DNA from: Eledone cirrhosa
Lineage: Eukaryota
Assembly (NCBI GenBank): GCA_964016885.1
Contig: OZ024740.1
Location: 305,164,001 to 305,228,000, forward strand
Length of the DNA: 64,000 nucleotides
Reading direction: 5' to 3'
Shown: in pieces, positions 12,061 to 25,300 of the stretch
Position numbering within the stretch: the first letter of the stretch is position 1
Layout of the letters: each line of letters starts with the position of its first letter
Notes under the pieces: model-generated
The model's input: only the letters and a program-made list of their open reading frames with translations
Told to the model about the DNA's origin: nothing
Databases searched by the model: none
Program-made: the position numbers and the translations under genes

Positions 12061-13342
12061 GTGTGTTGTGTGTTCTATGTATATATATATATATATTGAT
12101 GATATATTTGTTTGCGTGTGTTTATAGAAACAGTATATACAGATATATGTCAAACCTATGCAAGCATGGAAAGTAGGCATAAAATGATGATGTATGCATA
12201 TCATCGTCATTATTATTTTACATCCCCATTTCTATGCTAATACAATATTAAACAGGAGAGGGCTAAGAACAGAGCCCTAATGGACACCAACCTGCATGCT
12301 AAATTCCTTGCTATAGTTGTTGTTAATCCAAATTTTGCAGATTGCTCCCCGTTACATGGCTATATGTATAACATGGTAAATTAGGCATTTATTTTCATAA
12401 AATACTTAAGTTTTGTGATTCCCATTATTGCAAGTAATTCACAAGTGTAGACTAATATCAATCATCAGTTTTTTAAATGTATATATATATATATATTAAT
12501 CTTGCACATATTTATGAGGTTTTCTCTCCCCCATCCACTTCTACTGGATTTTCATTTTGTCAGATGTTAGTATTTTGAAGGTTCCTTCAAATATATATAT
12601 AGAGAGAGAAAGAGAAAGATTGTGTAGGTGTCACGACAAAAAAACACACAGTCCACGCTGTAATGTGGCCGTGTAGGTAACACGGTAAAAAGTTCCCAGT
12701 CCACACTGTAAATGTGGTTGGTGTTAGGAAGGGCATCCAGCCGTAGAAAACCTGCCAGATAGTCCTATATGAATGAGACACGGTCACCCGACCAACCTTG
12801 CCTCAAGTGGGACAACTCCCGTCTAACCTATGCTAGCGTGGAAGATGATGATGATGATGATTTCTTAGTCCACAATGCTTTGAGCAAACTACAACACTAT
12901 ATATAGCCTCAACAGAAACTGGAAGATAAATGCTTATAAGAGAGAAATGATAGCATTGTCAATTATTCCTTCCTGTTTTTGCTAAGGCTAGGTGGTATGA
13001 CGATGGTCGCAACCTTAATTCATAGCGAAAGGCCTTCAAATGCTTTTCATAAAGATCCCGTATATTATTCAATATACAACACATACTTGAGGACAGCGGC
13101 CAGCAGAGAGTTAATCCACAAGGTGGGTTGCAAATAAAATATAGAAAAGATTGAAAGAGGAGGAGGTCAAGGAGAAGTGTGTTGGCTTTTAGAAGATGTC
13201 TTTTATGTTTAAGTACTGTGTTGGGATCCTCCCATTTGAGTAATCCGTGTTTTAAGATATTTCTATATTTATATGCTTCTCTAAACTAGATTCAAAGCAA
13301 TCTTGTTTATTGAGATGTAAAGTATATTACTAATATATATAT

Positions 13343-14045
13343 CGTCATCATCGTTTAACATCCATCTTCCACGCTAGCATGGGTTAGACGGTTTTGTTCC
13401 ATTTGATGCGGGAATGGTCGGGAGACCATGTCTCGCTCGCACGTAAGTGTCTCCGACAGGTTTTTTTACAGCTGGATGCCCTTCCTAACACTAACCACAT
13501 TTACATGGACTGGGAGCCTTTTTACCATGTCCCCTACACGGCCACTTTACAGTGTGCACTGTTGTGTCATAGACAGTGGATGGAACAGGAAAGGGAGGGT
13601 GGGGTGTACATTTGGGTTAAGAGGTGCCTACTGACTAGGCTTGTATGCAATGGCAGTCAGGTCTTCTGTACAACTGCATGGCGCCAAAGATCTCAATCCA
13701 GTGTTATTGTCTTAGAGAGGTGTAAGTGAGCAAGGTCAGTTCTTATCATCTTGTCCCAGGATTTCTTGGTCTACCCACTCCATAGCTTCCATCAATTTTC
13801 ATTGCCCTGCACTTTTTTATACAGCTGTGGTCCTTCATATGCATCACATGTCCATACCAATGCAATCTCCTCTCCAGAACATGACATTTGATACTTCTTA
13901 TGCTTAGTCTCTCTTAATTCGTTTATGCTTCACCTTTTGCACACATTACTATTACACATCCATCGGAGCATGCAAGCTTCATTTCTTTCTAATCTACGCA
14001 TGTCTTCAACACACAATGCCCAAGTCTCACTACCATGTAATATTG
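13343..14045 (-). mobile_element. RTE LINE 3' fragment, same family as 3301-6180
   Basis: Collinear with 3320-4035. Confidence 0.85.
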
Positions 14046-14054
14046 ACATATATA

Positions 14055-14700
14055 TAACGAAAGTGCTAGTGTATAAGGCAGTTGTTCTCACCACTTAGCT
14101 TTATGGATCAGAATCCTGAACACCTTACTGGTCACATATAAACCAGCTGGATGTGTTCCACAAGGGATGTTTGAGATCCATCTGTGGTCATGTATGAGAA
14201 GATAAAATCTCCAACGCCGACATCCTTACCAAATGCAACATTGGGGGAATTGAAACTTTCCTTATGCAATCTCAGCTTCGTTGGGCTGGCCATGTCATCC
14301 GCATGAGTGACGACAGAATTCCAAAAGTCCTCATGTATGGTCAGCTTAGCAGTGGCAATAGGAAAGTTGGTTAGACCATGGCTACAATATAAGGATAAGT
14401 TGAAATCAAATCTCACTGCTCTCGCAATCCCTTTCCGTGATTGCGAACAAATTGCTGCTGAGAGAAAGGTGCCATAGTACAATCAAGAGCTTTGAATCCA
14501 TTGCATAGAGGAATTGCGTGTTGTCCAAACAGGGACGAAGCAACAAGCCTCGAGACCTGCAAGACTCTCCATAAACTCTTGCTCCTGCGACCTATGTGGG
14601 TCACTGGCAGGATTGAAATGTCACATGAGACACCGCCATCCAGAGAGCTGAACTTTTATTGGACACTCATGTTGAATATCGACGGGAGAGTCCATCATAT
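14055..14700 (+). mobile_element. RTE/BovB-like LINE 3' fragment
   Basis: VYKAVVLTT-L-YGSES, QLRWAGHVIRMSDDRIPKVLMYGQL motifs. Confidence 0.75.
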
Positions 14701-15599
14701 ATATAGCTGCAAAGAGAAATGAAGCCATAAACCTCACAAAGAAGATTATCCAGGACTGAGAAAACTGGCAATATTTCATATGAGGAACTCACCTTCCCAC
14801 ACAAGTGGAATGAATGCAGCAGGAACAAGATGGCTAATTTACCTACCTCCTAGGATCCATGACAACACCTCCTCCAACATGACCATTTATACTGAGCATC
14901 CTGGTGCTGGTGCTATAGCAAAATACTGAGGATGCCACTATAAAATGCTCCCTATATACTCTGTAAAGTGGTTGGTATTAGGAAGGGCATCTAGCCATAG
15001 AAACCATGCTCCCAATACACTCTGTAAAGTGGTTGGTATTAAGAAGGGCATCCAACCATAGAAACCATGCTCTAAAGTGGTTGGCCTTGGGAAAGGCATA
15101 CAGCTGCAGAAACCAAGCCAAAACAGTGTATTAGCAAGACCTAGTCACCTGACCAGTCTGGCCTCAGCAAGTGACAACCGTCTAATTCATGCAAGCATAG
15201 AAAATAGACTTTAAACAGCAATGATGTTTCTTTGTTAACAGCTGATAATGATTCTGCTATGCCTACAATTGAGTATGATTCTCCCCTGGATTATCAGATT
15301 ATGTCGGTGACTGCCACAGGTTCTATATATAGCCAGATATTTACAGCATTTCAGCAACTAGCAGCTCTGATGGTCCAGCTGTTCCTCTGCCTTTTTATCC
15401 TTTATCACATTTTAAGAAAGCTAATCTTGACTCTTTTTTCTTAGCATCAGTGAGAGCAAATACACCAAGTCATCCTTTACAGATTTTCCCCCTCAACAAT
15501 CTCTAGCACTGACACATGCTTTACAACACTGAACACATTATGCATCCAATGAAAGAATAGACAAACCCTGTACTTTCTGTTCTTCTCCTTGATAAGTCT

Positions 15600-16020
15600 A
15601 CCAGTTGGCAGCTTCTCTTCTAACTACCAAGTATTACTATGTTCTTCCAATCTTTTCAGACCTATTATTTTTTTAATTTAAGGAAATTTTCTCTACTATT
15701 CCACCATCAAGCTGGCACCTGACAACTACAAATTTGGCATGTTGCTTGCAACAGGAAGTTTCCAATTGTCTTAAGTCTGTTGTCACATATTTCTTTAAAC
15801 CAATGATTGGCTGAGGAATCTTTCAGCTTCTGTACTTTCCTTGTAGAGTCTGCTGAGAATTCTTCATGGAGAAAGGACATATTATTCACCAGTTACCATT
15901 GAGTTTGAAGTCGATCTGGTTTGCATGTGTGCCTGGTTGGTAAGTGGTCGATTAGCCAACCCGTTTCCTGAAATCAGTATAGCAAATGGTTTATTTGCAT
16001 TATAAATTTCCCAGCACTTT
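15600..16020 (-). mobile_element. Decayed RTE endonuclease fragment
   Basis: HANQIDFKL and RKVQKLKDSSANHWFKEI resemble SSQIDFI and RKIWKLKDPSASNRFKDI of the RTE at 5779-6180. Confidence 0.55.
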
Positions 16021-16314
16021 GATCTCACCTCATATCAAAAATAGTCTCATAGAAATGTCCCTTTTGCTCATCTAGAAATAACTTACTGTTGACTAATTCA
16101 ATCATAATTGCAACATACCCTGGCTACTTCAATTATTTGTCAAGCAATTTCTCAGCCAGCAATATCCTTGCTCATGTGTCCAAGGCTCCCCTCCACCTCA
16201 CCACTTATACATCTACTTGCCTCTGCTACAGCATCTTACATTTTCACTTGTCAAACCAAATATATTTAAAAATGTAAACATATGTGACATCTCAATTGTT
16301 GTGTACAGGCTTGT

Positions 16315-16687
16315 ATGGAGGCACATGGCTTAGTGGTTAGAGCATTGGCCTTGCAATCGAAAGGTTGTGAGTTCAATTCTCAGACCGAGTGATGTGTTGT
16401 TTCCTTGAGCAAGACACTTTATTTCACATTGCTCCAGTTTACTCAGCTGTAGAAATGAGATGATAGGGACCCCAGTCCCTATCATTCCACTGCAAAGTGG
16501 TCGTGGAGGTGCCATGGGGGGAAAAAAAAAAAAAAAAAAAAAAAAAAAAACACCTAGCACTCACTGTAAATGAGGTTTGTGTTAGGAAGGGCATGCAGCT
16601 GTAGAAATCAACCCAGAATCAGTTCCCATCCCACCCTTCCAAGCAGGGAAAAAGCGGACGTAAAATGAAAAGATGATGATGATGATG
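16315..16687 (+). mobile_element. tRNA-derived CORE-like SINE family B with RTE-derived tail
   Basis: TGGCTTAGTGGTTAGAGC A box, GTGAGTTCAATTCTC B box, TCCTTGAGCAAGACACTT core, tail like the RTE 3' UTR, (GAT)n. Confidence 0.9.
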
Positions 16688-17190
16688 GAAAAAAAAAAAA
16701 AAAAATATACACCCTGAAAGATGGTTGGCATTAAGCCATAGATTTGATGTCAAAGGTATGACCATGAAAAGTCACTGTATGACAACTCATGCCAGTGTAG
16801 AAAGTGGACATAAAATGAATCAGCTTTAAATCTTGAAACCACACCAGTAAGACATTCTTGAAAAATACTAAACTGCATAACAAAAAAAAAATTTTTTTTT
16901 AAAATCAGTCTTTAATTTAATGCAAATTTTCATACTACAAATTTAAATTAACAAACCTGATTTTAGACATTTTCAGGTAAATTATTACAAGATGTTAAAA
17001 GTTAAGTGACAATAAAACCACAAGTAACTTAATTTCTACACGACAGACAGTAAGTTAATTAAGCAAAATATTTGTTTTGTAGGATTTTAGCACCAATGAA
17101 ATTAAGCGCTGGTAGGTAAGATATTCTAATAAACAGATATAGCAAGGCTTTTTGTAAAACTTGCTCAAGTCTATTAAATCTTTTGAAAAT

Positions 17191-17737
17191 GTAATCCCCC
17201 GCTATATCGTGGTTTACTTCTCATTGTCCCGCTACATCGCAGATTTTTATTTGGAACGTATCTAATTTCCTGTCGCGGTTATCCTCGCTACATCAGATTT
17301 TTAATTAGAACATATCTATATTCTTATCACTGTACGTATGTCTGAATAAAAAGTGTTTAAAATTTGACCTCATTGAATAAGTTTCAATGTGATTGAAGTG
17401 TATAGCAAGGCTTTTTTAACTATAAAAAAAGTTTATTTTTCTTTCCATTAGTTTTACTACTTACAAAACCCTCAGACACCTGATGGCAGATGTGCAGTGT
17501 ATTACCAAGCAGTAATGGTCCTCATTGGTAACTAGTGGTACAATGGTTGGTAGTAGTTTCTATAGGATCGTTACTGGCTTGGTGTTTTAATGAGTTTATA
17601 TGTACTTAAAGCATGTGGGATAGGTATTTTAAAGCTTAAACTATGAAAACAACGGTTGTCATGGTTTCTCTATATTGCAGTTGGTTCTGGAAGGTATTCC
17701 CCCCCCCCCCCCCCCCGCAATAAACGGGGGATTACTG
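17191..17737. mobile_element. Pogo/Tigger-like MITE
   Basis: Inverted termini GTAATCCCCCG / CGGGGGATTACTG followed by TA. Confidence 0.65.
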
Positions 17738-17773
17738 TATACTAAATTTGCAGCAATAGGTCTTAAATAGCAC

Positions 17774-17809
<36 letters not shown>

Positions 17810-19185
17810 CCAAGAACCAGATGTTTCCATTGAGTTCTACAATTATCTTACTTTGGCCTAGAAAGTAGCTGTTTTGCAAAAGAAGTATCTAACGTTATTT
17901 GAAGATAATTGTAGTAGATACACAAGTGATCAACTTACATTTGTACAAGTCAGCTACCTAACTAGCAGCAGCACCCTTTCTGCCTTCCAAATCTACCCTT
18001 TTTCAGCATTGTTATAAATCCACAATAGAGACAACTGAGTTTTAGTTTCTCGTCGAAAGTTTTATTAGATAATTCTTACACTAGGTCTTATTCCATTGCA
18101 ATAATTTAAATGTTTTGGACTGTTCAATATAACACATACATCATCTAGCCAACACACATACATAAGTTTAAAATGAACCTAAAAAGCATTTTTAATGTAA
18201 CACTACAATGATTTTCTTTCAAATTAACCCTGCTTGGGTAGACGTGCAAGGTTTGTTTCTGTTCTACAGTTCAGCAGTTTTACATGTAGAAATCATCTTA
18301 CTTAAACGAGGATTAGGATCAGAAACAGAATCCAAATGTAGAATGTTGCAGTCTTATTCAATCCATGCCAACATGAAAACAAAAATGTAAAAATAATTTA
18401 ATTTCATTTTTTAATTTATGAATATGACTTCAGGGTAAAAGATGAAGCTAGACTAGTCACAAACCTATCTAGTTTTTCACATATATATTTATTCTTTATT
18501 GAATTCTATGTATCAAATATTGATTCAGCACTCTTACCTGTTCACAAGATTAATAGCAAGTTTCTTCTGGAAAAGAAACCAGTGTTTGTAAACAATACTC
18601 TAAAATTACATTGCCAATCTTTGGTGTTCAGACATTCCGAATTTTCTCATTGCTTAGTTTGCCAACAAAGGTGAATAAAGTAAGAAATATTTTAAAGATT
18701 CGTATATAAAATTATGCTGCAAGATTTTAATATAAATTGGAAACCTTTAAAATTTTATTTCATAGAACCAGAGCCAGTTTTGGCCAGGTTGGTAACTAAA
18801 GGGTTAAAACAGCTATTTTTCTCCTCCAACCAGTCTACATTATTGTACATGTACTTTATGGTTCTAGTACTGCTTTAACAGAAGGGTTAAAGTATACTAC
18901 CACAAGAGCAGTTATCAATGCCATTACATCATGTATTTTTCTCTTGACAATCAATGTATTTTACCCACATTGTCTTTCTTCAACAATGCCATACCTCTAT
19001 TCAGTCTACAGTAATTACCAACCAATTAAACCAACATAACATGCACGAGATTGGACAAACACATTTTCCTTAAATATTAGAAAGTAAAATAATTAATAGA
19101 CATAACACACGAAAAAAAAGATATAGAATTCAGTAATTGGATTTTATTTATTACTTGATTTTACTTTGACAATGCTAGAAAGCAT

Positions 19186-19338
19186 TTATTTAAATATCTT
19201 GCCTTGGTTTACCTTTTTGCCACCAAATTTTCCCTCCCAACTAAGATATTCATCAACAAGTGTTTTTGTTTCTTCACTATTTGCATCCAATTTCTTCCAA
19301 TTGTAAGATTCATAATCTACCTGCCAATCTGGATTAAG
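19186..19338 (-). CDS. EEF1G: EEF1G exon 11 ([12 protein letters not shown]...GKIFK*)
   Basis: tccAG acceptor; TAA; AATAAA at 19152-19147 on minus strand. Confidence 0.95.
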   Translation of the reverse strand, partial: LNPDWQVDYESYNWKKLDANSEETKTLVDEYLSWEGKFGGKKVNQGKIFK

Positions 19339-22300
19339 CTGGAAATTATAAACAAATACCTTGAATTATTAGTTTGGTGAACATAAAAATAATAAAAAAA
19401 AGTGCAAACATCATCATCATTTAAGGTGTATCTTTCATACTAGCATGAGTTAGGCAGGTTTGTCCCATTAAACAAGTTTGGTCGGGTGACTGTCTCACTC
19501 ATATAGGACTGTTTCTGGCTGGTTTTCTACAGCTAGATGCCCTCCCCAACACCAACCACATTTATAGTGTGGGCTGGATCTTTTGTGGTACCAACATAAT
19601 ATATATACACAGATATATATATATATACATACATACATCTAATAATTATTGGGAATGACAGTAGAAATACTTAGGTCAAAAGGACTTTACTGTGAATATA
19701 CACTAGCAGAAATGGATTTTGACCCTTAAATTAGTATTTAACCCTTTAGTGTTCAAACCGCTCCAATTATTTCCCCTTCATTTGTTCAAACTGCCCGATA
19801 ACACCCACACTAAAATATCCTTCTAAAAATAAATACCGTCAATTCGAGATTAGGCCCTTACCGCGAAAAAAATGTGTTTTTTTTAACGTTGAAAGTAGAA
19901 CAGATTTTTTGTGTATCAACATGGCTTGTGAAAGTAGCAATACTGACTTTGAAGGTTTTACACATGACATTCAGAATGAACAAGAAACAAAAAGATAATA
20001 TAAGTGATTTATCTTCAAATGAATCAGATGTTTACATTTCTGAAATTTCATCCGACGATGATTCTTGTTTTGAAAGTGAAAACGAAGGAGATCTCCAGGA
20101 CGCCATTGAAAATATTACACCAATGTGGTTGAAAAATACCATACCTATACATGTTCCCGATTTTATTGAAAATACCGGTCCACAACACACATTAGCTCCC
20201 GATGCTGAAGCACTGGATTATTTCTTTTTGTTTTTACCACAAATTGTCTTCGAAGTTGTGGCAGAAGAGATTAATCGATATGCCCAACAACAGATTTCAA
20301 ATCGAGGAAAACCCCATCTGTTTGGCGACCGACAGATGCTGCGGAGATGCAAGCATTTTTTACCGTAAATATTATGTTCGGTATAAAACAATTTCCAAGG
20401 CTTTGGAATTACTGGAGCACTGATCTAAGGTTTAGTGATCCTTATATATCAAGTATTATGCTGAAAACAACATATTTAAAATTAAACCAGTATTTGCACC
20501 TGGTTGATACTTCAAATGCTCCTATTAATTAATTTCACCTGCCCATAAAAGTCAAATAAACCCCCCCAAAAAAAAAATCAGGAAAAATTATTTAATTGTA
20601 AATTATTGATATTTAAACATCTGAGAATATTTCAAGCCTGCACATAGAAAATTATAAACAAATAAACATGACATTTGACAAATTAATGTGAATGCTAAAG
20701 AGTTAATCCAGCCGTATCATCATTTCATCATACGTCCACTTTTTCCCTGCTTGCAAGGGTGGGATGGGAACTGATTCTGGCTTGATTTCTACAGCTGGAT
20801 GCCCTTCCTAACACCAAGCTCATTTATAGTGAGTGCTGGGTGCTTTTTTGTCGTGGTACCTCCACGACCACTTTGCAGTGGAATGATAGGGACCCGTCCC
20901 TATCATCTCATTTCTACAGCTGAGTTAACTGGAGCAATGCGACATAAAGTGTCTTGCTCAAGGAAACAATACATCACTCGGTCTGAGAATTGAACGCACA
21001 ACCTTTTGATTGCAAGGCCAATGCTCTAACCACTAAGCCATGTGCCTCCATCTCATCTCTTTCTGTTCAAACTGGCCACTCATACTGATAAGGTATTGTT
21101 CTCAAAATAAATAATATCAAAATCTCAGATTCAAAATTATGTAAAGTAAAGCCTTTACTAAGAAAATATAATAGTTTATATAGAGTAATGTAAATGCATT
21201 CTGTAGTGGTTTAGCAAAAATTATCTAAATCAGGTTTATTAATTCAAATGTTAATAGCATTATTGCAAGTAGACAGTAAACAAAGAGAAGGTTTTAATTT
21301 CTAATATGATGTAACCATGGTGCTGTTTTGTACTTTTTGTGATTCTGGTACTCAAATGGTACATTTGCCTGATTTCCACTCCACATAAAACGTGGGATGG
21401 AGACCAGACATTTACATTTGCAATGTGGAAAGGTAACAGGACTAAAGAAATATGCAACTTACATCAAAAACTAGTTCATGACCAAGCCAAATCCATATAC
21501 CAGAGATAGAAACATTCTTATCTTCACCAAAAATAAGTACACTAGCAAAACATTGTTTATTTAGTTTTTCTAAACGCTGGAACATTCCTAGAAAAAAAGT
21601 TGAATAGATTAGGCATTTATAAATACAATAAAGAAACGGAAATTGACCAAAACGCTTCAAGAACACCACAGTATATAATTATAAATTGTAGCAACAGAAT
21701 CATGTAATGTCCCCCATGATTAACCTAAAAGGATTAGTGAAAAAATTTAAATGTCAGTAAGCAGTATTCAAGAAAATAGTTGCATTCTAGTAATGTGAAA
21801 ATATTTCATTCGCAGAATTTGATAGAAACTGCCTGGAAGTTTGTCATATATACATATATTTATGCTGACTTTTCCACAGACAGGGATTGGACAAAACTTT
21901 TGGAGGAATATTTTCTATAATCAGATGGCCTTGAAACCAACAGTTATTTGAAATTTTCCTGTACAGTGCTTATTCCTCCAATTTTTACCAGTCAAATCAA
22001 AACAGATATAAATAACACCACTTTTTTCAAAGCAATATAAATGTGAAGACAGAGAGATGAACATGTATAAATATTCAACAGGTTTCTACAATTTCCATTT
22101 CCCAAATTTCACAAGACATTACGTTAGGTACATCTGCTATAGCCACAGGCTAAGATACCATGCAATAAGATTGAATCTGAAAGTAATGGTTGTGAAGTGT
22201 CTATGATGGTTATCAAACATTTTTAAATGAAGTTTCTCGATATTTGTTCTGCTCTGAATCACAGACACCCCTGTTGGAAATTCACTGACCCAGCGATTGG

Positions 22301-25300
22301 CCCCATTGGATAACACTAACCAACAATGCCATTATTAAATTGTAATAAATAAATATATAAAATTTAAAAAAAGGCAAATTCTCACCTCCTATCAAATTAG
22401 CTGACATAAAGACGTAAGTCAAGTCGTCATTATACTTGTAGTCCGAAAACCAGATGGAATAATGCTCTTTATCAAAATGTTCCCAAAAGAATGGAAGGGC
22501 AATAGTTGTTGTGTCATTGTTAGAATATGAACGTTTGAATTCATCCATATTAAATGATCTGAAATAGCATTAAAAAAGATTATTTGTCAGTACAAAAACA
22601 AGTATTATACACAACAGGTATTTCCTGACTAATATGTGAAATGACAAAGTATTACAGTAAGGTTTCAACAATATGCTAAATGTATAGTTTAATGTAAAAC
22701 TAAGTTCTAACAATAACAAATTAGGATAGTGAAAATGGTTAGGCAAGGGGAATGACAAACAGTAACTCATTTTAACCCTTTCGTTACCTAACCGCCCCCA
22801 AAAAATTTTGGTTCATGTGACCAAGCCGCCCAAAACCACCCGTACTCACACATTCATATTTAAATGAGAATATCAGAGCAAATCTCGTTAGTACATTCGT
22901 GAAAACACGTGATTATACTACGTAAACAATTGAGCTACAGTTTCGGACAAATATCGACGTGTTATTTTAATTCTGTGAATTTTGGGAGATTTTTTCCCAA
23001 ATTTGTTCCTGTTGTATTTTGAAAATTTTTAACTGACAAAAATGGATACCAATTTCATTCAGTCAAGCAACAAGTCAGAATTCGAAGGATTTTCTACTGA
23101 AGACCTTGAAAAATCTAACTCTATAACTGAAAAAAAAAAAAAGCACGTGGTATTTGATAATGAATCCGATGTTTCATTTTCCGAAAGTGAAAACAGTGAA
23201 TCCGAGAGCTCCGATGACAGCGATAAAGAAAATGAATTGGCACCTGAATGGAGTAAAAATTTAAAAACTGTTTCTTTCAGTGATTTTTATGAAGAAACTG
23301 GACCAAGTCACAGTCTATCCCAGGAGAGCAAAGCTTTAGACTATTTCCTTTTACTTTTTCCTATGAGCTTGTTTGAAATTATTACGGCGGAAACAAAGCG
23401 AAAAAAAAGGATAGTTTGTGGTTTCCCACAAGCTTAAATGAAATTAGGGCTTATTTTGCCATAAATATTATGGGCATTAGAAAGCTACCCAGAATTACAA
23501 ATTACTGGAGTACCGATGAACCCTTTGGAGACGAATATGTCTCAAGTATAATGACAAGGACACGGTTTTTAAAATTGACGCAGTATTTACATGTAAGAGA
23601 CACGAGCAGTACACCAGTACGTGGAGAACCAAACTTATTTAAAATAAGACCCCTCATTGATTGTGTTCAAAACACAAAACAGTTTACAAACCAGGTCGAT
23701 ATTTATCTATCGATGAGGGTATGGTGGGCTATAAAGGCCGAGTGCGTTTTCGACAATATATGCCAGGAAAGCCCACAAAATGGGGGATGAAAGTTTGGAA
23801 GATTTGCAAATCGAATACTGGGTACTGCTCTGGATTTGAATTTTATACTTGCAAAAGAGACAATTATGTAAGTCAGCATGGCCTAGGGTATGATGTGGTC
23901 TGGAATTTATCACTTCCATACCATAACCAGAGCCGTATATTATTTTTTGACCGGTTTTTCAGTTCGGTCAAACTTGCGGAGAATTTAGATACTGTGGCAA
24001 CACGTACATGTGCTACAGTGATCGCTAATAGAAAAGGACTGCCGTTGGATATAAAAAAGCAAAAAAAAAAAAAAAAAAGGTGAAATAATTCAACGGCAGA
24101 AAGGAAATTTGCTAGCGACCGCATACAGATATAAGAGGCAGATCAATTTTCTGTCTACCTGTGCACGGCCACATGTGGATGAAAATGGCACCCCATTTGT
24201 GAATCTCAATTATAACAGGTACATGGGTGGTGTAGATCGGATGAATCAGATGATGTCTTATTATTCAGTTGGCAAATCGGGAAATAAATGGTGGCGATAC
24301 CTGGTTTGGTATATAGTAAATATGAGTATTACTAATGTGTTTATACTATATACCAAATCGGGACCGGTTCGAAAGCAATGCGACCATCTGCAGTTCCGAG
24401 CAGATATAGCAACACAATTAAGAGCTGGTTATTCCTAAAAAAAAATAGTTTTCTTCAGATAAATTCCAGTCTTTTGTTTTATTTATACCTTTATGGTACA
24501 CCCGTCTTTTGTGTATTTAAATTCACCTGATAAATCCAGTAATGTGCACAACTCTTCTATAGTAAAATTTTGTTGTATACCCAATTGAATATTAGCTAAT
24601 AACCCATTTTCTATAGCGATGTTTGAACAAAATTTAAATAATTTCATATTTTGTTGAATTTACCTGTAATTAGAGTCACTTTGAGACAAAAATTATGGAA
24701 TAGGATTGGTTGAGAACCTTTTGTTAAATTTTCTTCCAAAAATCACAATATGTTGATAAATAAAAAAGTTAGAGTTGTTTAATGAAACCAGACTAAATTT
24801 ATGATTATGTTAGAAATTAATTGAGGTATATTTTGGTTAGAAATATGGTAATGAAAGGGTTAAAAGGCTTTGGAAGTAATGCAGAGTGAATTTCTAATAG
24901 AATATCAGATGAAGAGTTGAGAAAGCAAATTATGTCTCATAAGTTTGTAAGAGTATTGATACATTAATATCACCTGTGAGAAGATCAAAACAAAACCCAC
25001 AACAGACATACTGTAACTAATTCTATATTTCACAGGACTAGGCCACTTGCAAAATCCACAATACCACAAAAAAAAACAAAAAAAAAAAAAAATCTATAGA
25101 TATTTTTTTTTGAAAGTCGAGATTAGTCCAGCCTTAACACGGGTATAAAAAAAAAAGCCTACCAGCTGCTAAGATTTTTGCTACTTAACTTCACATTATA
25201 ATCATAATTACATGATTATATTTGAGAATTTCTTATATATATTCCCCTGAGAATTTCTTCAAGTTATAGATTTCTCTTACCCTCTGTCTAACTTAGCCAA

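Noticed and set aside
16319-16390. tRNA gene (also 20980-21051 and 50390-50460)
   Set aside because: tRNA-like head runs directly into SINE core and LINE tail; no proper acceptor stem or terminator
21307-21410. H/ACA snoRNA in EEF1G intron 10
   Set aside because: Good first hairpin and an ACA, but the hinge AAATGTA is not ANANNA, there is no pocket, and it is only ~104 nt
22190-22300. H/ACA snoRNA in EEF1G intron 9
   Set aside because: Stem and AGAACA present, but the second hairpin is weak and not adjacent to the ACA
23042-24438. Domesticated PGBD gene
   Set aside because: Multiple frameshifts and stops with intact TIR/TTAA indicate a dead transposon; antisense to the host, so no splice fusion expected
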